The notes beneath the pieces are model-generated. The model did no database searches and was not told the origin of the DNA. It saw only the letters and a list, made by a program, of their open reading frames with translations. The translations under genes were made by a program, and so were the position numbers. A DNA stretch of 64,000 nucleotides, taken from assembly GCA_963843845.1 (NCBI GenBank), contig CAWJMB010000002.1, positions 416,001 to 480,000 on the forward strand. Reading direction: 5' to 3'. Positions within the stretch are counted from its first letter, which is position 1. Each line of letters starts with the position of its first letter. This document shows positions 1 to 10,095 of the stretch, one piece after another. Source of the stretch: an uncultured Gemmatimonadaceae bacterium. Its GTDB lineage: Bacteria; Gemmatimonadota; Gemmatimonadetes; Gemmatimonadales; Gemmatimonadaceae.

Positions 1-415
1 GTCGGCCCGCGAGATGCGCGCGCTCTGGGTGCAGCGACTCGATGGCGCGGGGCGGCGGCTTCCGCGCCGTGACGCTCATGTCGTGGCCCCCCGACCGACT
101 CGCGCAGCGAGGTCGTGCGGCACGAACGCCGAGACGGCGCAGGACGAGTCGATCTGCTGCACCTGCACTACGTGGAGCGCGAGCCGCAGATCCAGACGAC
201 GTTCCTCGACGCGGCCGGCGTGCGGCACGAAGCGTGGCCGGATGGCCGACGAGCTCGAGCTGCCGTACGCGGACGCCGAGGGCGTGGCGCGGGCCTCGGC
301 CGCGGTGCGTGCGGCGCATGGCGAGGACGGCGAGCGTTACCTGCGCACGCTCGCGCGCTACGGGCGCGAGGGGTGGCCGGGGATCGAGGCGGTCGTCGAC
401 ACGGCGGGCGGGTAG
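1..415 (+). CDS. 3' part of a hypothetical protein, probably frameshifted and truncated by the window edge
   Basis: Protein-like stretches switch frame (VDLLHLHYVEREPQIQTTFLD, then ELELPYADAEGVARASAAV); TAG at 413-415. Confidence 0.35.
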   Translation, partial: SAREMRALWVQRLDGAGRRLPRRDAHVVAPRPTRAARSCGTNAETAQDESICCTCTTWSASRRSRRRSSTRPACGTKRGRMADELELPYADAEGVARASAAVRAAHGEDGERYLRTLARYGREGWPGIEAVVDTAGG

Positions 416-489
416 CCCGCTCCCCGGAGCCGTTCCGGGGACGACAGACCCCGGCCATGCCGTCGGTCGTCGGTCACGCCGACGGCTGC

Positions 490-1392
490 TCAGGCAGCGC
501 GCGAGCGTACGCAGACTTCCTGCACGAGACCGCGCAGCCAGCGGTGCGCCGCGTCGGCGTGCAGTCGCGGATGCCAGAGCATCGACACCGTGAACGCCGG
601 CGTCGGGACGGGTACGGGGAAGGTGTGCATGCCGGCGCGCAGCACGCCCGTGTGCCGCTCCGGAACCGAGGCGATCAGGTCCGATCCCCGCGCGATCGCG
701 AGCGCGCAGGCGAAGCCGTCGACGATCGTCGCGACCCGCCGCGTCAGCCCGAGCCCGCTCAGCGCGTCGTCGATCTCTCCCCGCTCGGCGCCGAGCCGCG
801 AGACGTGCACGTGGCGGTGGGCCGCGTAGCGCGCCGCGGAGATCGGCCCGTCGGTCAGCGGGTGGCCGGCGCGGACGACGCCGACGAGGCGATCGTCGAA
901 GAGCGCACGCACGCGGAGCTCGGGGCCCGTCGTCGGCTCGACGACGCCGGTCTCGAGGTCGACGGTCCCCTCGCGGAGCGGTGTGCTCGCCTTGTCGGGC
1001 TTCTGCACGAAGCGCAGCCGCGCCGCCGGCGCTTCCGCGGCAGCCCTGGCGATGAGGGCGGCGCCGAAGTTCTCGACGAACCCCTCGCTCGCGCGCAGCG
1101 TGAAGGTGCGCTCCAGCTGCAGGAGGTCGAGCCGCTCGGCCGGACGCAGCACGGCCTGGCTGTCCTGCACGAGCTGGCCGACGCGCTCGCGCAGCTCGAT
1201 CGCGCGCGGCGTGGGGACGAGGCCGCGCCCGGCACGAACGAGCAGCGGGTCGCCGGTCGTCGCGCGCAGACGGGCGAGCGACCGGCTCATGGCCGAGGGG
1301 CTCAGGCGAAGACGCCGCGCCGCCCGCGCGACATTCCCCTCCGCGAGCAGGACGTCGAGCGTGACGAGGAGGTTCAGGTCGGGCCGTGACAT
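490..1392 (-). CDS. LysR-family transcriptional regulator
   Basis: N-terminal HTH MSRPDLNLLVTLDVLLAEGNVARAARRLRLSPSAMSRSLARLR...GDPLLVRAGRGLVPTPRA plus substrate-binding domain; divergent from an MFS gene. Confidence 0.95.
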   Translation of the reverse strand: MSRPDLNLLVTLDVLLAEGNVARAARRLRLSPSAMSRSLARLRATTGDPLLVRAGRGLVPTPRAIELRERVGQLVQDSQAVLRPAERLDLLQLERTFTLRASEGFVENFGAALIARAAAEAPAARLRFVQKPDKASTPLREGTVDLETGVVEPTTGPELRVRALFDDRLVGVVRAGHPLTDGPISAARYAAHRHVHVSRLGAERGEIDDALSGLGLTRRVATIVDGFACALAIARGSDLIASVPERHTGVLRAGMHTFPVPVPTPAFTVSMLWHPRLHADAAHRWLRGLVQEVCVRSRAA

Positions 1393-1421
1393 GAGGGGGT
1401 GCGGCACGAGGAGCGCGAGAT

Positions 1422-1468
1422 GTGGCGCCGGGTGCACGAATATCGTGCGACTCGTGCGCGTTCCGCCA
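1422..1468. promoter_or_regulatory. Probable LysR operator in the divergent promoter region
   Basis: Inverted repeat GCACGA-ATA-TCGTGC between the divergent lysR and MFS genes. Confidence 0.45.
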
Positions 1469-1629
1469 CGGATCGGCTACGGCTACGCTGCGGACGACTC
1501 CACTGACGGGGTCACCTGCCTGCGGAGCGCACCCTGTCGTCACACCCCGAGACCACACACGCGGAGGGCGCCGGCCGCACCGACCAGGCGCCGGCGCTCC
1601 GCGGGACCCGAACGGCCCTCTCGCTGGCC

Positions 1630-3036
1630 ATGCTGCTCTCCGCGCTCGGCACCAGCGTCGCCAACGTCGGGCTGCCGACGCTCACGCGGGCGTTCGGCGC
1701 CTCCTTCCAGGCAGTGCAGTGGGTCGTCCTCGCCTACCTGCTCGCCGTCACCACACTCGTCGTCGGCGCCGGCCGGCTCGGCGACCTCGTCGGCCGACGG
1801 CGGCTGCTGACGGCGGGGATCGGCCTCTTCACCACGGCCTCACTCCTCTGCGGGCTCGCGCCCACGCTGCCGCTGCTGATCGCCGCGCGGACCGCACAGG
1901 GGATCGGCGCGGCCGCGATGATGGCGCTGACGGTGGCGTTCGTCGGCGACGCGGTGCCCACCGCGCAGCGCGGGAGCGCCATGGGGCTCCTCGGAGCCAC
2001 GTCGGCGGTCGGCACCGCGCTCGGCCCGTCGCTCGGTGGCGCGCTGCTCGCCGGCTCGGGGTGGCGCGCGCTCTTCCTCGTCAACGTTCCGTTGGGCGCC
2101 GTCACGCTCTGGCTCACGCGCCGCCATCTCCCCGCCGATCGGTCGGCGGCGCGCCCGGACCGGCGCTCGTTCGACCTCGTAGGCACGACGCTCCTCGCCA
2201 TCGCGCTCAGCGCCTATGCGCTCGGCATGACACTCGGACGGGGACACTTCGGCGCGCCGAACCTGGCGCTGCTGGCAGGAGCAGCGCTCGTCGTCGTGCT
2301 GTTCGTGCGCGTCGAGGCGCGGACCGCCTCACCGCTCGTGCGGCTGTCCGCCTTCGCCGACCGCGCGCTCTCGGGGCACCTCGCCGCGAACGCGCTCGTC
2401 TCGACCGTGATGATGGCGACGCTGGTCGTCGGGCCGTTCTACCTGGCCCGCGCGCTCGGGCTCGCGCCGGCGCTCGTCGGGGTGGCGATGTCGGTCGGCC
2501 CGATCGTCGCCGCGGCGGCCGGCGTGCCGGCCGGCCGCCTCTCCGATCGCTTCGGGACGCGCCGGGTGAGCGTCGGCGGACTCGTCGTGACCGCGACGGG
2601 AGCTGCACTGCTCGCCGCGCTGCCGACGACGCTCGGCGTCGCCGGCTATCTCGCCCCGATCGCGCTCGTCACGCTCGGCTACGCGCTCTTCCAGGCGGCC
2701 AACAGCGCGGCGACCATGGCGACCGTGACGGCCGACCAGCGCGGGGTGATCGCCGGTCTGCTCGGACTGTCGCGCAACCTCGGGCTCGTCACCGGCGCGT
2801 CGGTGCTGAGCGCGCTGTTCGCGCTGGCGTCGGGCGCGCGCGACGTCGCGACGGCAGCGCCGACAGCGGTCGCGACGGGGATGCGGATCACCTTCGCGAC
2901 CGCCGCGGCGCTCGTCCTCGGCGCCCTGCTCGTCACCGCGGGCTCCCGCGTTCGACATGCGATCGGCGCCGCCGCGGTCGTCGCGCTGGCGTGGGTCATC
3001 GCGACGACCCGCGCGCGTCCGACGCTCCACGGCTGA
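1630..3036 (+). CDS. MFS efflux transporter (DHA2/EmrB-QacA-like); true start may lie upstream
   Basis: Motif A GRLGDLVGRRR, motif C ALGPSLGG, many hydrophobic helices. Confidence 0.92.
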   Translation: MLLSALGTSVANVGLPTLTRAFGASFQAVQWVVLAYLLAVTTLVVGAGRLGDLVGRRRLLTAGIGLFTTASLLCGLAPTLPLLIAARTAQGIGAAAMMALTVAFVGDAVPTAQRGSAMGLLGATSAVGTALGPSLGGALLAGSGWRALFLVNVPLGAVTLWLTRRHLPADRSAARPDRRSFDLVGTTLLAIALSAYALGMTLGRGHFGAPNLALLAGAALVVVLFVRVEARTASPLVRLSAFADRALSGHLAANALVSTVMMATLVVGPFYLARALGLAPALVGVAMSVGPIVAAAAGVPAGRLSDRFGTRRVSVGGLVVTATGAALLAALPTTLGVAGYLAPIALVTLGYALFQAANSAATMATVTADQRGVIAGLLGLSRNLGLVTGASVLSALFALASGARDVATAAPTAVATGMRITFATAAALVLGALLVTAGSRVRHAIGAAAVVALAWVIATTRARPTLHG

Positions 3037-3280
3037 GCGCGCGCCGCGCGCCATGCCGCGACACTTCTCACCCCTCACACTCCAATGCGAGGTCGCCCGG
3101 AACCTCGTCTCGACTTCTCCGCAGCCGGCGGCGACGCGATGAACGCTCTCGAGCAGCGCATCGCGCGCTCCGTCCTGGAGCGATCGCTGGTCGATCTGGT
3201 CCGATTGCGCGCGTCGCTCGCGTTCCGGACGCTCCCCGCGTGATGGCCACGGCAGTTCGCGCGTGGCTCGACCGTTGTTG

Positions 3281-3365
3281 ACAGAAGGAACAGAAGGAAC
3301 AGAAGGAACAGAAGGCACGGAAGACCTGCTCGGGTGCTCTCTTCCGTGCCTTCTGTTCCTTCTGT
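3281..3365. repeat. 9-bp tandem repeat (ACAGAAGGA) forming one arm of a 26-bp perfect inverted repeat
   Basis: ACAGAAGGAACAGAAGGCACGGAAGA (3299-3324) pairs with TCTTCCGTGCCTTCTGTTCCTTCTGT (3340-3365). Confidence 0.85.
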
Positions 3366-3465
3366 CGAGAACTACAGCGAGCGCATCCGCGCCATGTGCT
3401 GCAGTCGAGGTGATCAGACCCGATGCGTGACGCGGGCGCTACGAGTGTGGCATCGAACGGTTCCA

Positions 3466-3535
3466 GCCGCTCGTCCGGCGCCGCTCGTCCAGCGCCGCTC
3501 GTCCAGCGCCGCTCGTCAGGCGCCGCTCGTCAGGC
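3466..3535. repeat. Five near-identical 14-bp tandem units (GCCGCTCGTCCAGC / GCCGCTCGTCAGGC)
   Basis: Units start at 3466, 3480, 3494, 3508 and 3522; the last contains the stop codon of the PRTase gene. Confidence 0.85.
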
Positions 3536-4138
3536 GGCGCCGCTCTCGAGCGGCACGTGTGCCGCGCACAGCGGGCACGCGTCGGGCGGCCAGATCTCGT
3601 ACGGCGCGCGGAGCGGCGCCTCGACCGGGATGCCCAACGCGTCGAAGTGGTCGGCCCCCGCGTCGCCGAGCAGCAGGAGCGCGCCGACCGCGGCGATCGT
3701 CGCGCCGTGCGACACGAGGACGTCGTCGGTCGCGCGGAGCGACGAGCCGGCGCTCACAACGTCGTCGACGAGCGCGACGCGCTCGCCGCGCACGCGATCG
3801 GCGAACGCGCGCGGAAGGGCGTAGCGAGCGCGGAACAGCGCACCTCCGTCGGCGACGTCGTCGGGCACGCGCTCGGTGAAGCAGAACGGCACGCCGAGCT
3901 TCAGCGCGACGAGCTGCGCGAGGAACGCCCCGCCGAGCAGCGGGCCGCAGACGAGGTCGGGCGCGTGCGCGCCCAACGCGTCGGCGAGGCGCGTCACGAG
4001 CGGGTCGACGGCGCGCGCGTCGGCGAACAGCGCGTCGAGGTCGAGCCAGAGCGCGCCGTGATAGCCGGACTCCAGCCGGAAGTGCCCGCGCCGTGCGGCG
4101 ACGAGGTCGAGCAGGGCGGTGGCGTCGAGATCGGACAT
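3530..4138 (-). CDS. Orotate phosphoribosyltransferase-like protein (type I PRTase)
   Basis: GHFRLESGYHG; PRPP-binding loop VALVDDVVSAGSS; C-terminal CPLC. Confidence 0.85.
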   Translation of the reverse strand: MSDLDATALLDLVAARRGHFRLESGYHGALWLDLDALFADARAVDPLVTRLADALGAHAPDLVCGPLLGGAFLAQLVALKLGVPFCFTERVPDDVADGGALFRARYALPRAFADRVRGERVALVDDVVSAGSSLRATDDVLVSHGATIAAVGALLLLGDAGADHFDALGIPVEAPLRAPYEIWPPDACPLCAAHVPLESGAA

Positions 4139-4190
4139 CGAGGCGGCGAGCGCGGTGGCGGGTGGCACGGTGTTGGCCCATCGGGCGGAC

Positions 4191-6806
4191 ATGAACGATA
4201 CCGACTCACCGCGCGGCTTCGTGCGTGTGCGTGGCGCGCGCGAGCACAACCTCAAGGACGTCGACGTCGACGTGCCGCGCGACGCGCTCGTCGTGTTCAC
4301 CGGCGTCTCGGGCTCCGGGAAGTCGAGCCTGGCGTTCGGCACGCTCTACGCCGAGGCGCAGCGGCGGTATCTCGAATCGGTCGCGCCGTACGCGCGGCGG
4401 CTGTTCGACCAGATGGCGGCACCGGCGGTCGACTCCATCGATGGCTTGCCGCCCGCGGTCGCCCTGCAGCAGCAGCGCGGCGCGCCGACGTCGCGCTCGT
4501 CGGTCGGGAGCGTGACGACGCTCTCCAACCTGCTGCGCATGCTCTACTCGCGCGCCGGCGACTACCCGCCGGGCCAGTCGATCATCTACGCCGAAGGGTT
4601 CTCGCCGAACACCCCCGACGGCGCCTGCCCGAACTGTCACGGGCTCGGCAGGGTCTACGAGGTGACCGAGCGGTCGATGGTGCCCGACGACACGCTGACG
4701 ATCCGCGAGCGCGCCGTCGCCGCGTGGCCGCCGGCGTGGCACGGGCAGAACCTGCGCGACATCCTCGTCACGCTCGGCTACGACGTGGACACGCCGTGGC
4801 GCGACCTCCCGGCGGCGGACCGCGAGTGGATCCTGTTCACCGAGGAGCAGCCGCAGGTGCCGGTGTATCCGGGCTTCACGCCGGAGGAGACGCGGCGCGC
4901 GCTCGAGCGCAAGGAGCCGCCGGCGTACATGGGGACGTTCACGAGCGCGCGGCGCTTCGTGCTGCACACCTTCGCGACGACCGAGAGCGCGATGGTGCGC
5001 CGCCGCGTCGCGCGCTACATGACGAGCGGCGAGTGTCCGGTGTGCGGCGGCAAGCGCCTCAAGCAGGAGGCGCTCTCGGTCACCTTCGCCGGCTACGACA
5101 TCGCCGAGCTGTCGCGGCTGCCGATGGCGCGGCTCGACGCGCTGCTGCGGCCGACGGCGGAGGGACGCGCGCCGGGCGGCCGAGCGCCGAGCGGACAGGT
5201 GCCGGACGGCCACGCGGTCGGGAGCCGGGCGCCGAAAGGAAAGGGCGGCCATCAGGCCGACGCCCCGCACCCCGAGCAGGCCATCGCCGCCCAGCGCCTC
5301 GCCGAGGACCTGTGCGCGCGGCTCGACGTGCTGCTCGACCTGGGGCTCGGCTACCTCTCGCTCGAGCGGTCGACACCGACGCTGTCGCCGGGCGAGCTGC
5401 AGCGGCTCCGCCTCGCGACGCAGGCACGGTCGAACCTGTTCGGCGTCGTCTACGTGCTCGACGAGCCGTCGGCGGGGCTGCATCCGGCGGACACCGAGGC
5501 GTTGCTGCGCGCGCTGGACCGCCTGAAGTCGGGCGGCAACTCGCTGTTCGTCGTCGAACACGAGCTGGACGTCGTGCGGCGGGCCGACTGGATCGTCGAC
5601 GTCGGGCCGGCGGCGGGGGAGCACGGCGGCGAGGTGCTCTACAGCGGCCCGCCGGCCGGACTCGCGGCCGTCGAGGCGTCGCAGACGCGGCGCTTCCTCT
5701 TCCCGGCGCCCACGGCGCACGGCCGGACCCCGACCGGGCGCGCCCCGCGTCCGACGCGCGAGTGGCTGCGGCTCGCCGGCGTGACACGGAACAACGTGCG
5801 CGACCTCGACGTCGCGTTCCCGTTAGGCACGCTGACGACCGTCACCGGCGTGTCCGGTTCAGGCAAGTCGACGCTCGTCAGTCAGGCGCTCGTCGAGCTC
5901 GTCGCGGACGCGTTAGGCACCGCCGCGGTCGACGACGACGCCGGTGAGGGACCGTCGCTCGAGAGCGCGGGCGCGGGGCCGTCGAGCGGCCGCGTCGCCG
6001 GCGGGCTCGAACGGATCCGGCGCCTCGTGCCGGTCGACCAGAAGCCGATCGGCCGCACGCCGCGCTCGAACCTGGCGACGTACACGGGGATGTTCGACCA
6101 CATCCGCAAGCTGTTCGCGGCGACGAAGACGGCGCGGGCGCGGAAGTACGACGCCGGCCGCTTCTCGTTCAACGTCGCGAAGGGGCGCTGCGAGAACTGC
6201 GAGGGAGAGGGCTTCGTCTCCGTCGAGCTGCTGTTCCTGCCGAGCGTGTACGCGCCCTGTCCCGTGTGCCACGGCGCGCGCTACAACGCGAAGACGCTCG
6301 AGGTGCTCTACCGCGGGAAGCACGTCGCCGAGGTGCTCGGCATGACCGTGGACGCGGCGCGCGCGTTCTTCGACGACGCCCCGCCGGTGTGCCGCCCGCT
6401 CGACGTCCTGCAGGAAGTCGGACTCGGCTACCTGCGGCTCGGGCAGCCGGCGACGGAGCTCTCGGGGGGCGAGGCGCAGCGCGTGAAACTCGCGTCGGAG
6501 CTGCAGCGCACGCAGCGCGGCGACACGCTCTACGTGCTCGACGAGCCGACGACGGGGCTGCACCCGGCTGACGTCGAGCGGCTGCTGACGCAGCTCGACC
6601 GGCTCGTCGACGCGGGGAACACGGTGATCGTCGTCGAGCACGACATGGACGTCATCGCGCGCAGCGACTGGATCATCGACGTCGGGCCGGGGGCGGGAGA
6701 CGAGGGGGGGCGCGTCGTGGCGGCGGGGGTGCCGAGCGACGTGGCGCGCGCGGCGGGGAGCCGGACGGCGTCGTACCTGGCGGCGGCGCTCGGCGGGCGC
6801 GGCTGA
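4191..6806 (+). CDS. uvrA: UvrA-family ABC ATPase, short class-II/DrrC-like form
   Basis: GAREHNLK; two Walker A motifs (GVSGSGKS); LSPGE and LSGGE signatures; LDEP; CxxC pairs; apparently lacks the UvrB-binding insertion. Confidence 0.93.
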   Translation: MNDTDSPRGFVRVRGAREHNLKDVDVDVPRDALVVFTGVSGSGKSSLAFGTLYAEAQRRYLESVAPYARRLFDQMAAPAVDSIDGLPPAVALQQQRGAPTSRSSVGSVTTLSNLLRMLYSRAGDYPPGQSIIYAEGFSPNTPDGACPNCHGLGRVYEVTERSMVPDDTLTIRERAVAAWPPAWHGQNLRDILVTLGYDVDTPWRDLPAADREWILFTEEQPQVPVYPGFTPEETRRALERKEPPAYMGTFTSARRFVLHTFATTESAMVRRRVARYMTSGECPVCGGKRLKQEALSVTFAGYDIAELSRLPMARLDALLRPTAEGRAPGGRAPSGQVPDGHAVGSRAPKGKGGHQADAPHPEQAIAAQRLAEDLCARLDVLLDLGLGYLSLERSTPTLSPGELQRLRLATQARSNLFGVVYVLDEPSAGLHPADTEALLRALDRLKSGGNSLFVVEHELDVVRRADWIVDVGPAAGEHGGEVLYSGPPAGLAAVEASQTRRFLFPAPTAHGRTPTGRAPRPTREWLRLAGVTRNNVRDLDVAFPLGTLTTVTGVSGSGKSTLVSQALVELVADALGTAAVDDDAGEGPSLESAGAGPSSGRVAGGLERIRRLVPVDQKPIGRTPRSNLATYTGMFDHIRKLFAATKTARARKYDAGRFSFNVAKGRCENCEGEGFVSVELLFLPSVYAPCPVCHGARYNAKTLEVLYRGKHVAEVLGMTVDAARAFFDDAPPVCRPLDVLQEVGLGYLRLGQPATELSGGEAQRVKLASELQRTQRGDTLYVLDEPTTGLHPADVERLLTQLDRLVDAGNTVIVVEHDMDVIARSDWIIDVGPGAGDEGGRVVAAGVPSDVARAAGSRTASYLAAALGGRG

Positions 6807-6915
6807 CGCCGACAGTCGGCTGCCGGCTGGCTGCCTGACGCCGCCGGGCCTGCCCGCCGCTCGCCACCGCCCGCCACTCGGCGCCCCGTCCGCGCTCGGC
6901 GCCCGTCCGCCCCAC

Positions 6916-6997
6916 CGTCATTCCGAGCGCAGCGAGGGATCTCGCTGTGCGCTCAAGGTGCCTAACAGCGAGATCCCTCGCTGCGCTCGGGATGACG
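6916..6997. repeat. REP-like intergenic palindrome
   Basis: CGTCATTCCGAGCGCAGCGAGGGATCTCGCTGT...ACAGCGAGATCCCTCGCTGCGCTCGGGATGACG, a near-perfect 33-bp stem between convergent genes. Confidence 0.85.
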
Positions 6998-7033
6998 CTC
7001 GAGGAACGGACGGTCGAGGGCGGGGGGCCCGCG

Positions 7034-7879
7034 TCAGGGACTGTCGAGCACAGGGTAGCGCTGCGCGAGCCACCCCGCGTGGCTCGCGATGAACCGCGCC
7101 GGGTTCGCGACGCGGAAGCTGTTCCCGTATGCCGCGAGAATGCGCGTCTCCTGCGTCCGCTCGAGCGCCTTGGCGCCCGCCGAGGCGACGCGGTTCTGCT
7201 TCTCCGCGCTTGCCGCCTCGTAGACCTCGCTGATCTGCGCGAACCACGCGGTGAGCGCGGTCAGGACCGCGTCGCGGTCGATCGCGAGCGGACGCGACGC
7301 GTCGACGCGGGCGGCGCGCCACATCCGCTGCACGGTGTCGCCGAACAGCAGCTTGAGGCCGCGCACCTTCGTCGACTTCGCCATGATCTCCGCCTGACTG
7401 TCGGCGCGGTTGAACACCGCGGGGAGCACGGTCGTCTCGGCGAAGATCTGCTCGGTCGCGAGCTGCACGCGGTCGACGGCGAGCGCGAGCGCGGCGCGGC
7501 GCGCCACCGCGGCGCGCGGGTCGGTCGAGCGCGATCGGGGCCGAGCCGCGGGCGGCTCGGCGAGCCGCCACACCGGCCGCTCGCCGACGGTGATCGTGCC
7601 GGGGAGGAGGTGCGCGGCCTGCTGCCGCAGCTCGTCGTCCGACTGCGCCGTCGTGTCCTGCACCGCGCCCTTCACGCAGCGCACCGCGTCGTGCACGGCG
7701 GAAGCGCGCTCCGCGTGCAGCGAGCGGATCGCGGCGATGTGGTAGCACGCCTCGCACACCGCCACCCCGCGCTCGATCGCCACGTCCTCGGCGAACGGGA
7801 CGAGGTTCGCGTCGGGGAGATCGCCGACGCGGAGCGTGCGCCGCAGCGACGACGGGCCGTAGAGAACGACACGGCTCAC
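7034..7879 (-). CDS. Hypothetical protein (281 aa)
   Basis: Protein-like composition; GGAGG RBS just upstream; follows the acylase stop closely; no family recognised. Confidence 0.65.
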   Translation of the reverse strand: MSRVVLYGPSSLRRTLRVGDLPDANLVPFAEDVAIERGVAVCEACYHIAAIRSLHAERASAVHDAVRCVKGAVQDTTAQSDDELRQQAAHLLPGTITVGERPVWRLAEPPAARPRSRSTDPRAAVARRAALALAVDRVQLATEQIFAETTVLPAVFNRADSQAEIMAKSTKVRGLKLLFGDTVQRMWRAARVDASRPLAIDRDAVLTALTAWFAQISEVYEAASAEKQNRVASAGAKALERTQETRILAAYGNSFRVANPARFIASHAGWLAQRYPVLDSP

Positions 7880-7891
7880 CGCGTCACCTCC

Positions 7892-10045
7892 TCACCGCTC
7901 GCCCGGCCGGTACGTCCGCTCCGTGTGCCCGACGAGCTGGTTCGGGTAGAAGTAGACCGCGCGGAAGTTGCCGCTCGCGTAGCGCTCCGCCTGGTCGTTG
8001 AAATGCTTCGACGCCGGGTCGCCGCTCTCGCCCCCCGCGGTCACGGCGCGCGCCCGCACGCTGTCCTTCCCGAACTCGACGACGGCGACGAAGCTGTTGC
8101 CGCTCGTGCCGTAGAACCGCTTCGTCCCCGGGTAGCGCCGAGCGCCGAACGAGGCGAGCGAGCCGAAGTTCGCCGACGTGAACGGCACCGGGCTGCTCGG
8201 CTCCGCGTCGCTGAACGTCGGCGTGATCTCGTTCCGCACGCGCTGGAAGCGGTTGATCTCCCCCCACGGCGTTCGCCACGACCCGAAGTCCGCGGCGAGG
8301 CGGTCGACGGCGGTGCCCAACGCCCGCAGCTTCTCCTCCGCCGACGCGGTGGCCATGCCGCGCCCCACGGCCTCGGCCCAGAACACGGCGAGCGACGTCG
8401 GCACCGACTGCGCTCCCCACCCGAAGTCCCAGCCGCGCAGCGCCGCGACCGGCTCGGCGAGCTTCGCCTTCAGCGGGTCGCCCGCCGGCAGCGCGTCGTA
8501 GGCCGCGACGAGCGGCGGGACGTTCTGCGCGAACGTCGGCTGCCACGGGTCGAACGCGGCGTCGAGCAGGCGCTGCAGCGTGAAGTCGGAGCGCGCCGAG
8601 AGAACGCGGATCGCGTGGACGCCGCGCGGGTTCTCGCCGGTGTTGTCCATGTACGACGGGAACGCCTCGCGCTTCGGCGACGCCGCGCCGGCCGCGCTGT
8701 ACGGCCAGTTGTTCGTGTTGTAGAGCCAGCCGCTCGCCGGGTTCTTGAGGAACGGGCTGTCCTCGACGGTGTGGAGCCCCTTCCAGTCGGTCGCCGGGTC
8801 GCTCCCGTCGACCGGCTTGGTCCAGTCGAAGCGGTCGTCGCGGCGCGGGATGAAGTGCGGGTGCGAGTAGCTGATGTTGCCGTCGGCGTCGGCGTAGATC
8901 GTGTTGTTCGACGAGTTCGCCTTGAGGTCCATGACCTTGCGGAACGCCGTCCAGTCGCGCGCCTTCGTGCGGAGGTACGACTGGCTCAGCGCCTCGACCG
9001 GCCGCTGCATGAGGCGGATCGTGATCCATTTCCCGTCCGCCTCGCGCACGACGGGGCCGTGCTGCGTGCGGTAGATCGTGAACGTACGCGACGCCATCGT
9101 GCCATTCGGCGCCTTGTAGGGAACCGTGATCTTCTGCGTGATCACGGGCTTCTCGGCCGACCCGTAGCGGTACACGAAGCCGCCCCCGCGCGGCGTCACC
9201 GTCTCCGCGTACTCGTCGACGACGTCCGCCGTGCTCGTCGTGTGCATCCAGCCGAGCCGGTCGTTGAAGCCCTGGTAGAGGAAGAACTGCCCCCACGTCG
9301 CGGCGCCGTACGCGTTCAGTCCCTCGTCGCTCGTCATCTGCAGCTCGGAGCGGAAGAAGAACGAGGTGTGCGGGTTGATGAGCAGCAGCGCGCGCCCGTT
9401 CGCCGTGCGCGACGGCGCGATCGCCATGCCGTTCGACCCGGAAGGCTCGCGCACCACCGGCTCGTCGTAATCGGTCTCGACGCCAGACGATCCGGCGGAC
9501 CCGGACGACGGCGCCGACGCGCTCCTGTCGTAGAGCTGCTGTAAGGGCCGAAGTGCGACTTTCTCGATGTCGCCGCCGATGCTCCCCTCGCTGAACGTCA
9601 GCGCCATCCACGGCTCGAAGCGGGTGATGACGCGCGGCCTCACTTCGGGGTGCGTCGACAGGTAGTAGTTCAGCCCGTCGGCCCACGCGACCATCAGCGT
9701 CTTGAGCCACGCCGGGCTCGCCGCGTAGCGCACCTTCATCGTGTCGGGGTCGACGAACAGCTTCATGCGCAGATCGCGCCAGATCTCCCCCGCTCCCTCC
9801 GCCTCGGCGAGCCGCCCCATCGCGTTGACGTAGTTCGTCTCGACGCGGTTGAAGTCGTCCTCGGCCTGCGCGTAGACCATCCCGAACACGGCGTCGGCGT
9901 CGGTCCGCCCGCGCACGTGCGCGATGCCCCAGTCGTCGCGCGTGATCGTCACGTTCGCGGTCCGCGCCTTCCAGCGTGCGGCGTCGGGAGACTGGGCGCC
10001 GAGCGCGAGCGGCGCGGCGAGTACGAAGAGAGCGAGTCTACGCAT
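7892..10045 (-). CDS. Secreted penicillin acylase-family (Ntn) amidohydrolase
   Basis: Signal peptide MRRLALFVLAAPLALGAQ; ITRDDWGIAHV; nucleophile motif GSNGMAIAPSRT...LLLINPH. Confidence 0.93.
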   Translation of the reverse strand: MRRLALFVLAAPLALGAQSPDAARWKARTANVTITRDDWGIAHVRGRTDADAVFGMVYAQAEDDFNRVETNYVNAMGRLAEAEGAGEIWRDLRMKLFVDPDTMKVRYAASPAWLKTLMVAWADGLNYYLSTHPEVRPRVITRFEPWMALTFSEGSIGGDIEKVALRPLQQLYDRSASAPSSGSAGSSGVETDYDEPVVREPSGSNGMAIAPSRTANGRALLLINPHTSFFFRSELQMTSDEGLNAYGAATWGQFFLYQGFNDRLGWMHTTSTADVVDEYAETVTPRGGGFVYRYGSAEKPVITQKITVPYKAPNGTMASRTFTIYRTQHGPVVREADGKWITIRLMQRPVEALSQSYLRTKARDWTAFRKVMDLKANSSNNTIYADADGNISYSHPHFIPRRDDRFDWTKPVDGSDPATDWKGLHTVEDSPFLKNPASGWLYNTNNWPYSAAGAASPKREAFPSYMDNTGENPRGVHAIRVLSARSDFTLQRLLDAAFDPWQPTFAQNVPPLVAAYDALPAGDPLKAKLAEPVAALRGWDFGWGAQSVPTSLAVFWAEAVGRGMATASAEEKLRALGTAVDRLAADFGSWRTPWGEINRFQRVRNEITPTFSDAEPSSPVPFTSANFGSLASFGARRYPGTKRFYGTSGNSFVAVVEFGKDSVRARAVTAGGESGDPASKHFNDQAERYASGNFRAVYFYPNQLVGHTERTYRPGER

Positions 10046-10095
10046 GGTGCTCAGGTGAGGGTGCTGGTCCAATTTAAGAGAAGGGGAGGTCATCC

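Noticed and set aside
3281..3535. Possible CRISPR array
   Set aside because: Units are 9 and 14 bp in direct tandem with no unique spacers, and there are no cas genes.
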